NCBI RefSeq assembly: GCF_009914755.1
Contig: NC_060936.1
Direction: 5' to 3' (one strand)
Length of the DNA: 64,000 bases
Source: the human T2T-CHM13v2.0 reference genome, Homo sapiens
Shown one piece after another: positions 14,938 through 29,383 of the stretch. The notes beneath the pieces are model-generated. The model had not been told where the DNA came from, did not search any database, and was given only the letters and a program-made list of their open reading frames with translations. Numbering within the stretch: position 1 is the stretch's first letter; each line of letters starts with the position of its first letter. Both the position numbers and the translations under genes were made by a program.

Positions 14938-15714
14938 TTTATGTAAAAAGCCTGGTTAGAGGATTTTCAGGAAAGGGTTAGAAAGGCCCTATCATTAAGT
15001 TTAACCCTTATCTTACATTTGAAATCTTACACTTCTACCAGAGTCCCACACTATGAGCCTTATTAGACGCTACCATTTCCATGCATCAAATGTGCTAAAT
15101 AAAGAGTGATGTGCAAACCCGCGTTGGAAGTAAAGGCAGCATCTCGTGTTGTGTTGGACTTGTCTAAGGAGAGGAACTGACACTGCTTACCTGTTGCAGA
15201 AGACAAGCAGGAGGAGACCCTTGAGAGGTCCCTTTAGAAGCAAAGAGGTTTCTCAGTGGGATCATTTCCACCTCTGGTCCATCTGACTTCACATGGGAGG
15301 AAAAGCCAGAAATGTCCCCCTAAGCTAGAAGAGGGGAAAAAGAAAATGCACTTAGGAACTGCCGATGATAGGGAAGAGAGCGGGGGGCAACATGTCCAGA
15401 TCTTGCAAGAGACACTCAGGCAGCATTCCAGGCTCAGCCTGAACTTTCGACCCCATTGTCTACTCTAATTACTGGAACCAGCAGGATTAATTCCTCGACC
15501 TACTTTCCAGTTTTGTTTTGTTTTTTTTTTTCTGCCACAGAGCGATAAGGCTGCACTGGGCTTCTCTCTGTCATTTGAATGCAACAGTGGGGTTACATGC
15601 AGACTCGTGTTAGAGCCAAAGGAGGGTCTGATCTTTGAACTGGGGGTTCAAGATCACTTCTTTTTAGTTGATTCTCAATAAAGAGCACTCGAACACATGA
15701 AAACATCCCCTACT

Positions 15715-16850
15715 TTGAGAACAGAGATAGCAATGAAAACAAGATATTATTTTATACCTGCTAAATTAGCATACAATTTAAACTGATACATTAAAAAAAA
15801 ATTTTCTTTAACTACCAAATGCTGGTGAGGTTGAAAGAAACCTGATGTTCACAAGTTGCTGGGTGGCACAATTTTATAATACAGCAATATATATTAGGGA
15901 TCATTTAAAACCATGCTGTCCATTGATTCTGTAATCTCATTCCTGGGAAGTTGTCCAAAGGAAATGATTCCAAAGAAGGAAGAGCTGTATACAGAGACCT
16001 TCACTGCAGCATAGAGAGAAGAGTGTCAAAATGACTCATACGTAGGCTAGCAAACTCACGGGCCAAATTCTGCCAGAGGCCTGTTTTTGTATGGCCAGCC
16101 AGCTAAGAATGTTTTTTCTTTAAAGCCTTTTTAAAAGAATATTAACATGAACAAAAAAAAATGCGAAGTATGGCCAGCGAGTTAAGAATGTTTTTTCTTT
16201 AAAGGCTTTTTTTAAAAGAATATTAACATGAACAAAAAAAAAAAGAGTAGCGTTAGCTGACCTCTAGAATAAGAAAAACTTGGATAAAGATTATAGAACA
16301 GCATAGAAAAATGTTTACCATACATTAAGCATTGCAAAATATAAAATGGAATTTCACTATGATATCAACCATTTAAAAAGATGTCCTGTGTATGCAGGAA
16401 GAGAAGGCGAAGATGAAATCAGTTGTTTGGGAGTGATTTGAAGGAAGTTATTACTCTTAGAATCCCTTCTTATCAGAAACAGCTCAGATGCTCATGGGTA
16501 GGGAGTTTATTTTCTAAATGTGTCATCCTTATGATAGAGTACTATGCAGCCATTAAAAATGATGCTTTGGGTCTGCATTTACTGAAATAGAAAGATGCTG
16601 ATGACATACTGTCAAATGAAAAGGAACATTACAGAACAGCATGCTCAGTGTGTTCTCATTTATATAAATTGAATACTGATCAATTTCTGTGTGTATGCAT
16701 AGAGAACAATCTAGAAGGGCAAATACAAAATATGTTTGCCGCAATTATCTCTGAGTGATGGAATTTGGGGTGAATTTTACTTTTACTATTTGATGGTTTA
16801 TATTTTTCTCAAACGACCACTTATTATCTTTATAATTAAAAAAACTCAAC
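15715..16850 (+). mobile_element. L1ME 3' fragments (interrupted by MER58)
   Basis: TATACCTGCTAAATTAGCA..CAAATGCTGGTGAGG; TACTATGCAGCCATTAAAAATGATG. Confidence 0.65.
16042..16265. mobile_element. MER58-like MITE with internal ~75-bp tandem duplication
   Basis: GGCTAGCAAACT..GGGCCAAATTC..CCTGTTTTTGTATGGCC..AGCTAAGAATG; duplicate units 16089-16161 and 16168-16244. Confidence 0.7.
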
Positions 16851-16975
16851 AGAAAACTTAAAAATTTGTCATTGGCAAGGAAGCCAAGGCTCTAGGAATC
16901 TGCTGTGCCCTCCCCTGTCTCTTTTCACTGCCTTCACCTTAAATGCCACTTCCTCCAGCCTCTGGGTCTCAGGCA

Positions 16976-17321
16976 CAGGCCCAGGACTCGCTTTGGCTGC
17001 AAAATTTAAGGTGATGCCAAAAAACTCAGCGATCAAGATAAACATTTTAATGCCATATTTAAAAAAATCAAAATTAATGGGAAAATTCATGATGAACAAA
17101 ATATTAAAATTTTTAATAAAGACAGGATCAGTATTATGGATTTTTCCCTTTTCCTCTGTCTCCAGTATGCCTTGGCGCGGCACTTTTACTGAGTCTGTCT
17201 CTGTCTAAGACATTGATGCTTTGTTCACCATGAATTTTTGGCATTAATTTTTATTTTTAAAAATATTGTAATAAAATGCTACTTATCTTGATACTGAGCC
17301 TTTTGGCACTCCCTTAAATAT
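16976..17321. mobile_element. MER96B hAT-Tip100 MITE (long imperfect palindrome)
   Basis: GCAAAATTTAAGG..CCAAAAAACTCAG..ATCAAGATAA..CATGATGAACAAAATA mirrored by TTTGTTCACCATG..TTATCTTGAT..CTGAG..TTGGCAC..CCTTAAAT. Confidence 0.85.
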
Positions 17322-17475
17322 ACTAAAAAATCACTGAATTGGACCTTTTCAAGAGAAATTTATGGTATATAAATTATACCTCTATAAAGCTGTTTAAAAC
17401 TTTATTTGTGGATATGAAAATTTGAATTTTGTGTCATTTTCATGTATTACAAAAAGACAGCAAATCTGTTACCTG

Positions 17476-17772
17476 TTTTTAAAAATTTTTGAGACAGGTC
17501 ATGCCCTGTTGCCCAGGCTGGAGTGCAGTGGTGTGATCACAGCTCACCATAGCCTCGACCTCCTGGACTCAAGCACTCCTCCCACCTCAGCCTCTCAAGT
17601 AGCTGGGACTATAGGCATGTACCACTACCCCTGGCTAATTTTTAGAAATTTTTGTACAGTTGGGGGTCTCACTATGTTGCTAGGCTGGTCTTGAACTCCT
17701 GAGCCCAAGTCATCCTCTCACTTCAGCCTGACAAAGTGCTGGAATTGCAGGTATGAGCCACCATACCTGGCC
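17476..17772 (-). mobile_element. AluJ
   Basis: J diagnostics. Confidence 0.9.
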
Positions 17773-17784
17773 TAAGTTTCAAAA

Positions 17785-17905
17785 TTGTTTGTAGGAACAC
17801 GGTCTTGCTATGTTGGCCAGGCTATTCTTGAACTCGTGGAAGCAATCCTTTCACCTCTGCCTCCCAAAGAATTGGCATTACAGGCGTGAGCCACCACGCT
17901 CTGCC
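17785..17905 (-). mobile_element. FLAM / Alu left monomer
   Basis: Monomer-length Alu sequence. Confidence 0.75.
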
Positions 17906-18736
17906 TGCTTGCATGTTTCATATAGCCTACGGGTTAAGAATGATCTTTAAACTTATAAATAGTAGGGAAAAAAATCAAAAGAAGGATAATATTTTGTGAT
18001 ACATGAAAATGACACAAAATTTAAATTACAGGTGACCCCTGAGTTAAAACATGGGAAATAACTTAACACAGAACCTGACTTGCATCAATTTAGGCTTACA
18101 AAGGAGTCAAATGGCCTCTCGATGCTGTTTCTCCGAGGCAGGATAGGCGAATACCTGCCACTTGGGGTTGTTTTGAGGAAATGTGGGCTGAGCACCTGCA
18201 CAGAAGCCTCTACCTTTGCAAGGTTGACATTTCCAGGAGCAGAGAAGCCAAGCTACCACCCAGGCAGCTTGCTCTGGAAGCACAAGGGTCACTGAACCAG
18301 CTCCAATCACCAGTTCTGTTCCTATATCTCTTTGGTCTCTTTCTGCCATAGATATTCCCCACTTCTTGGTCATATTTTTCAGCAGAGTTTTTAATTACTG
18401 TCCAAGCAGCCACCACCTAGGAGTTTATCTGCTTCATTACTATGTGACAGGGCTATAAAACTGCAGATAACCCTGGCTCTCTGGGCAGGAGGGCTGCTGC
18501 CTCCTCAGCCACCGTCTACAATAATTAACCATGCAGGGAAATAAAAACAAATATTGGACAACAGATGCCTCATCTGTGACCGAAAGCCCCTGACTCAACG
18601 AAAGCCAACTGGGCTGTGCCTCGGTGGCTCTCACTGAAGTGTTCCTGAAAATCTCCACCCTCAGAGTTTCTGTTTCACCCACCTGTTCCCTCCGAGTAGC
18701 AACCTCCCCACATCGCCAGCCTTCCAGCTTTAATAA

Positions 18737-19590
<854 letters not shown>

Positions 19591-19768
19591 TAGTACCCTG
19601 TCAATAGATGTCTTAAATAACAATGCCAAGTATTTGCAGGCATGTCATAATTTCTGGGAGTGCAGACTATCTACAGGTCAAATGTTGTTACCCAAAATGC
19701 AATGATCATCTTGCCTTACCAAAACGGTTCATAATCAACTCATTCATCCATTCATGCAACAGTGAGGG

Positions 19769-19965
19769 GGCTGGGTGCAGTGGCTCTTGACTGTAATCCC
19801 AGCAACTCAGGAGGCTGAGGTGAGGCCAGAGGATCGTTTGAGACCAGAAGTTGGAGGTTGCAGTGAGCTGTGATGGTGCCATTGCACTCCAGCCTGGGTG
19901 ACCAAGGAAAAGCCGGACTCTAAAAATAAATATGTAAAATAAAATAGAATTAAAAAAATAAATAA
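19769..19965 (+). mobile_element. FRAM/FAM Alu monomer
   Basis: Single right-type monomer with A-rich tail. Confidence 0.8.
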
Positions 19966-20183
19966 CAGCAAGGAGCTTGTGCATCACATTAAGTAATTTG
20001 GACACTTCTGTAGGCATTGGAGGCATTGATGTTTTAAAGTAATTTACAAAAATATACTTATTGAAACCATGTAACTGAACATCTACTAAGCTCCAAGCAC
20101 CGTTCTAGACAGTGCGGATTAAACAGAGAACAAGAGTAACATGGTTCCTGTCCTCAGGGAGCTTAATAAAATTTAGAGGGGTA

Positions 20184-21081
<898 letters not shown>

Positions 21082-21094
21082 CTACATCATGGAG

Positions 21095-21270
21095 GTTTTG
21101 AGCCTTGGCTGCGTGGAATGTGGATTCAATGAAGCAACCTGTGCTTCAGTTTCTACATCTGAAAAATGGAGATGATAAAGACAACTCCACAGGGGTGTTA
21201 ACAGAATAAAATGAAACAACATACTGAAAGCATTTGGAGGCAGTAAAAGGTAGATATTGTCATGTATGTT
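21095..21270 (+). mobile_element. MIR
   Basis: CTGTGCTTCAGTTTCTACATCTGAAAAATGGAGATG. Confidence 0.65.
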
Positions 21271-21454
21271 TATCCTTGCCAACTTGCCACCTCCTGCCTA
21301 GTCCCCACCCACAGGCGAAAGAAGGTGAGATAGATGCTACATAGTCCCTAAAAAAAAGTTCTTTGTTTCATCTGTGGCACCACTGATTTATTAATTAATA
21401 TCTTTGGAGAAGAAGCTGATGCCTGCCTTTTAGCTGCTTTGACCATTGTATAGA

Positions 21455-21875
21455 CCCTGTTAGTTAGTTACCCAATATTCATTCCCTCATTCGACTTTGC
21501 TAACAGAATGCAATTTTGCTTGGAGTAGCAATGTGCCAGCCTCAGAGGTTGGATCGAGATGGATTTAAGCAATCTGGCCATGTGACCCAGTTTTGGCCAA
21601 TGAGATCTATGCAGAAAGCTTCTGCTTTTTTGACAAATGAGTTCACAGCTGGCATTGTCTCTGCCACCCTCTTACTGCCTTGAGTTGGGAAGGTGACCGG
21701 AGCTGTGGCAGCCACTGTGTGATCATGAGTAAATGGTGAAATCTGAGACAGTGGTTCTGACATGACCGGGCCACTCAATCAATACCACAATGTCTGTTTA
21801 GAGAGAAGATAGATCCTTAGGTGTTTAGCCACTGTAATGGTTTTGGTTATAGGCAGTCAAATGTAATCCTGACTG
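21455..21875 (+). mobile_element. MLT1I/J LTR
   Basis: GGCCATGTGACCCAGTTTTGGCCAATGAGAT; GGAGCTGTGGCAGCCA. Confidence 0.7.
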
Positions 21876-22994
21876 GTTGAGCAGGGTTGAGCATAGACTG
21901 TTCAGAGCCATGAGCACCAAACAATGCATCAAGTCATGGGTATCTGGGGTCTAGAGTCAGGTTACCAGGCAGGCTCAGGAACTTAGAACCCAAGTCCTTG
22001 CAGTGAGGCAAGGACTGGAATACAGGGGTGCTGAGTCCCCTTGCTCAGCCAGAAACATGGAAGATGAGTTTGGAGGAGGAGGAAGTGCTTCCATCCAACC
22101 TAATAGGCTGGGGCATGTTGAGGACAGAGGAATGGGTCTCCAGCAGGGACAAGAAGGGCTCAAACTCCCTGACATTTGGCTGGATCTGGGGTTTTCACTC
22201 CACTGCACGTCCTGCCCACTTGTTTCCTCAACAGATTGTAGTGTCTTGTTCCTCTGATTCTTTCTCATGAGGCCTTATTTTTACAACCTCCCTTTGTCCA
22301 CTTGTGGCTCAGAATAAGGTAGAAAGCTGAGAGGGCAGCAAGCTTAAAACTCCAAGGGGCGGTAGCCCCTTCTCCCTGGCCACCCTCTCCGTGCATAAAC
22401 ATTTGCTGAGTGGGTGACTGAATGCATGAAGGAGCATATCCTGCAGATTCCATGCTCTCACTATCTGTGCTAATCCATAATAATTTCTATTTGACTTTGG
22501 AATGCATTATGTAATTTGCATTCTGCAAATTTACCTTCCTAATTATGTTCTTCTTTGACTAACACAGAACTTAATTTGCACAGATTGAGTGATGGTCGGG
22601 GGAGGTTTGCTAGGTGGGATCATTAGGTGGCTAATCCATACATTGGCAGTCAAGAGTTGTCTATATTGGGAAGGTCAACTAGACTGATATTTGAAGCAGG
22701 GGTGGCGTGTGTGTGTATGTGTGGGCCTGGCGTCTTGCTTCTGCCTCAGCCATTCTGTGGAAACTGTGTTCCATAAAAACACTGCCTACCAGCTTGGTCT
22801 TGGCTTAGGCTTTCTGGCCTATCCTGCCACTGTTCTGAGAGTGACATGGTAGTCCATGGCTTTAAAGGCCCAGCATTGAATTAGATTTACACCTGGCCTT
22901 GCTCAGACTTCAGGACCTCAATGCTAGCAACTAGGTTCCCAGGTGAGTATCCTGGGTACAGGGATACTGCATTCTCCCTCCACTTGCCCAATGC

Positions 22995-23047
22995 ATAAAA
23001 GAATGAATGAATGGTTGGATGGCTGGATGGCTGGATGGGTGGATGAA
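22995..23047. repeat. (TGAA)/(TGGA)n simple repeat
   Basis: Direct reading. Confidence 0.8.
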
Positions 23048-23839
23048 CTCTTTATACAACAGGTTCCCAGTCTCGAATCTCAGTTCTTTAGAAATGAATG
23101 CTGTTTATTGACTCTTGTACCATCCACCCACCTGGATCTTCACTGACTGAACCTTCTGTTAGGGCTGGGTCTGAAGTTCACCTGGACCTTGATTAACTGG
23201 CTCTACTTTGCCCTGGAAAGGATCCCAAGCTCTCAATCTGGTTGGAGATTTTAGGCCTTATGTGCCAGGGCCTGGGATGGCTGGTTCCTGGTCTTGTTCT
23301 AATGTTTAGATGTCGATGGGGCCTGGCCTGGCCATGTGCCTTTGAGCTGGCAGGTCTCACCCCAGCTGCACAGCCAGCATTCAGTACAAATGAACCACTG
23401 ATACTCAACTCATTCATAGTCTTTGTCCTGAACCATTCGCTTCAACGTAGCTAGCTTGGATTTTGTTCCTACTGCCTTCTAGGTATCTTGGCTCCCACCC
23501 CTATATTAACCCCCGGACTGATTTATGATTCCACACCATTGGCTGTGATCTCATGGTTCCCTCCTGGACAATGGGTCACACCTCACTTCCTAACCCACAA
23601 TCCTGTCACTGGGCTCTGCCTTTGCTCCTCGATGACGGTTCACGGCAATTTCTTTGAGTACATCACCCATAGCTGCTTTTGATTAACATTGGCCAAATCC
23701 AGGACCCTATATCCATGGCATCTTGTAGCCTTCTCTCTCCTGGGTCTATCTGACTTCAGGAAATAGAGCAGGATGTTCATACCGATGAATCAGCTTGGAA
23801 CCTTAACACCAGGTTCCCCTGATCTCTCTTGGCAACTGT

Positions 23840-24015
23840 CATTCATCAAACATTGATTAAATACTAACTGCATGTCCAGCACTGTGCTGGGCACTAGAGA
23901 TTAAATGGTGACCTGAACGTAAGCAGTCATTACACTGAACCCCACTGGAGAGACACACATGTAAACAGCAAGTGCAATGTAGCAAGTTAAAGCCAGAACA
24001 GAAGTACCTGAGCTC
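23840..24015 (-). mobile_element. L2 3' end
   Basis: CATTCATCAAACATTGATT..CAGCACTGTGCTGGGCACTAGAGAT. Confidence 0.65.
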
Positions 24016-24818
24016 TATGAACCAGCACAGCACCTCCCAGCAAGGCAAAGTCAGAAACAGAATAAGGAAGATGAAATCGACGTCAGATGCCAAATGGTTT
24101 CCGACTAGAAGGCCTAGGGGATTGTTGTCCCTGAGTTTCCTCTCGGGAAACCAGACCTACTTCCTCCTCTGACTAGGGGGTCAGGGGTTGGCAGGGGTTT
24201 GTGGGGGAAGAGGCACTGATAGCCCAGGTCTTCCCCTGTCTTTACCAATCATAAGTGCCACACGAGCTGAGCTGATAATCAACTATGGACGGCCAGCCAG
24301 GCACTCTCCGCAGCTACCTCGGCACAGAGGAAGACCTTATCAAACCTCACCACTTGAAAGGAGAAGGATTGCTCCAAAGTGAATGCCCTGTTCCTACCGC
24401 ACAGGAGAGTTGGAGGAATTACTGAACACACCATGACTGCAAAGTCTCACCCAAGATAATGTGGAAAGGACTTTCGAAGAACTCCCTGATTCTAAGAAAA
24501 AATTAGAAGGAAGCCGTCATCTCCATGGGATAAGGTGAAAAATCAAGACGCAGATAGCAAAGAGGTCCTGGAGCAAGGCAGCATCAGAGTCGAGAGGAAA
24601 GCAGATGACACGAATTAACATGAAGGTTCGTTCCCTTCTCCTCCCCCATCACTGCTCACAGCCCACACTCAGGGTATGATACCCAGAAAAATGACCTCAC
24701 CCTTTTGGACTGTGGGAGAAGAGAAAATCTGAAAGACTTTGTCATTCTGTCCAAATGATAGAATTTATTTGTTCAAAGATATTACATATACTTTACAAAC
24801 ATTTTTTTAAAGAATTTA

Positions 24819-25155
<337 letters not shown>

Positions 25156-25466
25156 TTACTATGAATTAATTATCCAAGTAATTAATTATTTAATTACTTG
25201 GACAAAAGTATAATAGCAAAGGAAGTAGTGTCAGGAGTGGTGGAGGGGTCATTTTAATGAATAGATGAGGCTTACTGGAGAAGAGAACATAATCATTTTA
25301 TGAAAATGATGCCGAACGTCCTCAAGAAAGTGCTTTTCCTTCCTCTTCCTGTCTGATTGGGCTCCCCTGTACCATATACTCGCTTTCTGGAGGTGGCATT
25401 CCCTCAGAACACAAGCTGGACAAGGCACAAGGCAAGAGACAGGCTTATCCATCAAGGAAGGTCCAA

Positions 25467-26605
<1,139 letters not shown>

Positions 26606-26608
26606 GGC

Positions 26609-27123
26609 TGTATTACTCAGGGTTCTCCAGAGAAACAGAACCAATAGGAAATGTGTAGATATAGAGAAAGAGATTTATTATGGGGGATTGGCTCACACAA
26701 TTATGAAGACTGAGAAGTTCCACAATCTGCCATCTGCAAGCTGAAGACCCAGGAAAACTGGTAGTATAGTTCCAGTCCAATGAAGCCCAGAGGCCTGAGA
26801 ACCAGGGAAACCAATGGCATAGGTCCCAGTCTGAATCCTAAGTCCCCCAAACCAGGAGTGCTGATGCCTGAGGGCAAGAGAAGGTGATGTTCCAGCTCAA
26901 GCAGACAGCAAATTCACGCTTCCTAAACCTTTTTCTATTTGAGCTCTCAATGGATGACATGACGCTCACCTGGATTGGTGAAGGCAAACATTATTCAATC
27001 TACCGATTCAAATGCTAATCTCTTCTGGAAATACCCTCACGGACATACCCAGAAATAATGTTTTACCAGCCATCTGGGCATCCCTTAACCTAGTCCAGTA
27101 GACACATAAAATTAATCATCACA
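26609..27123 (-). mobile_element. MLT2C-like ERVL solo LTR
   Basis: TGTATTACTCAGGGTTCTCCAGAGAAACAGAACCAATAGG...GACACATAAAATTAATCATCACA. Confidence 0.88.
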
Positions 27124-28225
27124 CATGGAAGTCTGGTCACTTCACATCTCTTCACAGCGACGGCGGCTCCAGTTTCCAGTCCAAATCAGTGTACGTGCTA
27201 GGGGGCTTTCTGCACAGCTTTTGGGTGGGGTAGTCAATCGAAGAGATCAAGTTTGCATGCTGGAATATTTTAGTTGCTGAGATATTTCAATGGTTTGTGA
27301 AGACCATGGGGAAATAAACATTTAAAATTAAAAGTGGCTTGGAAAATCAAGGCAGTTTCTCAGCGGTAGTCCCCCGTTGACAGAAATATTTGGGACACTT
27401 GTTATAATTTCTTTATTTCTACCCAGACTTATTTAATCAAACCTTGGAGGTGAGAACCAGAGCTCTAATACACACCAATACCGTATTTATAGTTAGCATC
27501 AAAGTAAAGGGAAGTTTGAGGTGATTTACACCAAATCCAAACTCAGTGATATCCGAGTAAGTGAAATTTGACTATATTTTAATATTGCAATCTCCCTGCA
27601 TTTTTCTTGCCACTGATAGCTACATCCACCCTTTTGCTTTAAATTCCTTCTATTTTCCAATCCCTTCTGTCAGACAGCTAAAAAAAAAAAATGGTTACAA
27701 TATTCTTAGAAAACTGTGCTTCAGAGAAAGCAGTGAGGTTACTCAATTGTTTCTCCTCTGTTAATTTGAGAATCTTAAATTATGCATGTTGTTTTGCACA
27801 CATTTGCATGTTCAATTCACATGCCTGAGTTATTCGTCTACAAGATAAAACCAAGCATAGTAATTCAAGTAACCTGTGTCTGATTTCTCTTCACCCAAAT
27901 TTCAGGGCTAACCGAGTTGCAGTTAAAGAATGGATAATTAAATCACTTGGGAAGCGCAGGGGAGTGCTGGTGGATAGGAAAGATGGGGTTACTGAGCCAA
28001 CTCCTGCCTCCATCCCGTCTGGATTGTCAATCGTTTCTCCTTCCATGACCTGCTGGATTTCATAACCTCCACGAGGCCCCTTTCCCAGAAGGGACTCACT
28101 GTCCTGGTTACAATCCTTAAATCTAGCTGGGCAGGAAGGCCAGGAGTGGAGTTTGTCCTCTGCCTGGTGTGGATAACCTTGAACATAAAGAAACCACCAC
28201 AATACAAATGGCCCTGAAATCTGAA

Positions 28226-28298
28226 CCAATGCCACCGCAATATGCAGATGAGAAAGTCAGAACCATTCCTCCATTGGCTGACTGCCGGCCTGACGTCA
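28226..28298. promoter_or_regulatory. Candidate promoter/enhancer core: two CCAAT boxes and a full CRE
   Basis: CCAAT 28226-28230; CCATTGGCTG (NF-Y consensus on minus) 28271-28280; TGACGTCA 28291-28298; lies in a ~1.7-kb transposon-free island. Confidence 0.55.
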
Positions 28299-28361
28299 CA
28301 GCGGCCCAGCCCAGCGTGGCCAGAAGTGCTGTGGGCAACTTTCTGGACAAGTTGGAAAGCT

Positions 28362-28409
28362 TGTGTGTGTGGGTGTGTGTGTGTGTGTGTGTGTGTGGGT
28401 GTGTGTGTG
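28362..28409. repeat. (GT)n microsatellite followed by G-run and T-run
   Basis: Direct reading. Confidence 0.95.
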
Positions 28410-28887
28410 GGGGAGGGGGGGGGTCTTTTTTTTTTTATCAGCTGGTGCTGGTTTCCTGCATTTCCTGTGTTACGGGGGGGGAAAAAGGTGTTTATGTACA
28501 GCAAGAACTGATGAACTCAGGGCTGAAGAGCATTTTGTTCTCTGTGGCAGCTCTATCCCTTTCCTTAGGGGAGATCTATGTTAGAAACAAAAATGTCATA
28601 GGGGAAGGTTGTGAATTCTAAATGAACTGTGGGGACCTCACGAACCTCTTCAGCTTAGTGGTTTCCAGGAAGCCCCAGGCTGAGCCAAACTTTGTGACTT
28701 AGCTGGTGTGAGTCTTTGGCTGTGATCTTGACCACAAACTTCGAGATATGCAGGCATGGGAGGCTGGGGGCCTTTTTTATTTTTCTCTACCTCACTTTGC
28801 CAGGTTCAATGCAAAGACAGAATCCAATCCTCTGATCTGTGAACTTCTGACGATTCCCCGCCCTCAATGTGCTGGTGGTAGGAAAAT

Positions 28888-29083
28888 TTCCTCTTCTCTT
28901 TTCTTTTCTTTCTTTCTCTTTCTCTCTTTCTTTCTCTTTCTTTCTCCCTCCCTGCCTTCCTGCCTTCCTTCCCTCCCTCCCTCCTTTTCTTTCTTTTCTT
29001 TTCTTTTCCCTTCTTTCCTTCCTTCCTTCCTTCCTTCCTTCCTTCCTTCCTTCCTTCCTTCCTTCCTTCCTTCTTTCTGTTTC
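28888..29083. repeat. Polypyrimidine tract including (TTCC)14
   Basis: Uninterrupted TTCC from 29015 to 29070. Confidence 0.95.

Positions 29084-29383
<300 letters not shown>

Noticed and set aside
28169-28621. 150-aa ORF across the CRE element
   Set aside because: Non-ATG start, runs through a (GT)n microsatellite and homopolymers, and has no recognisable domain.
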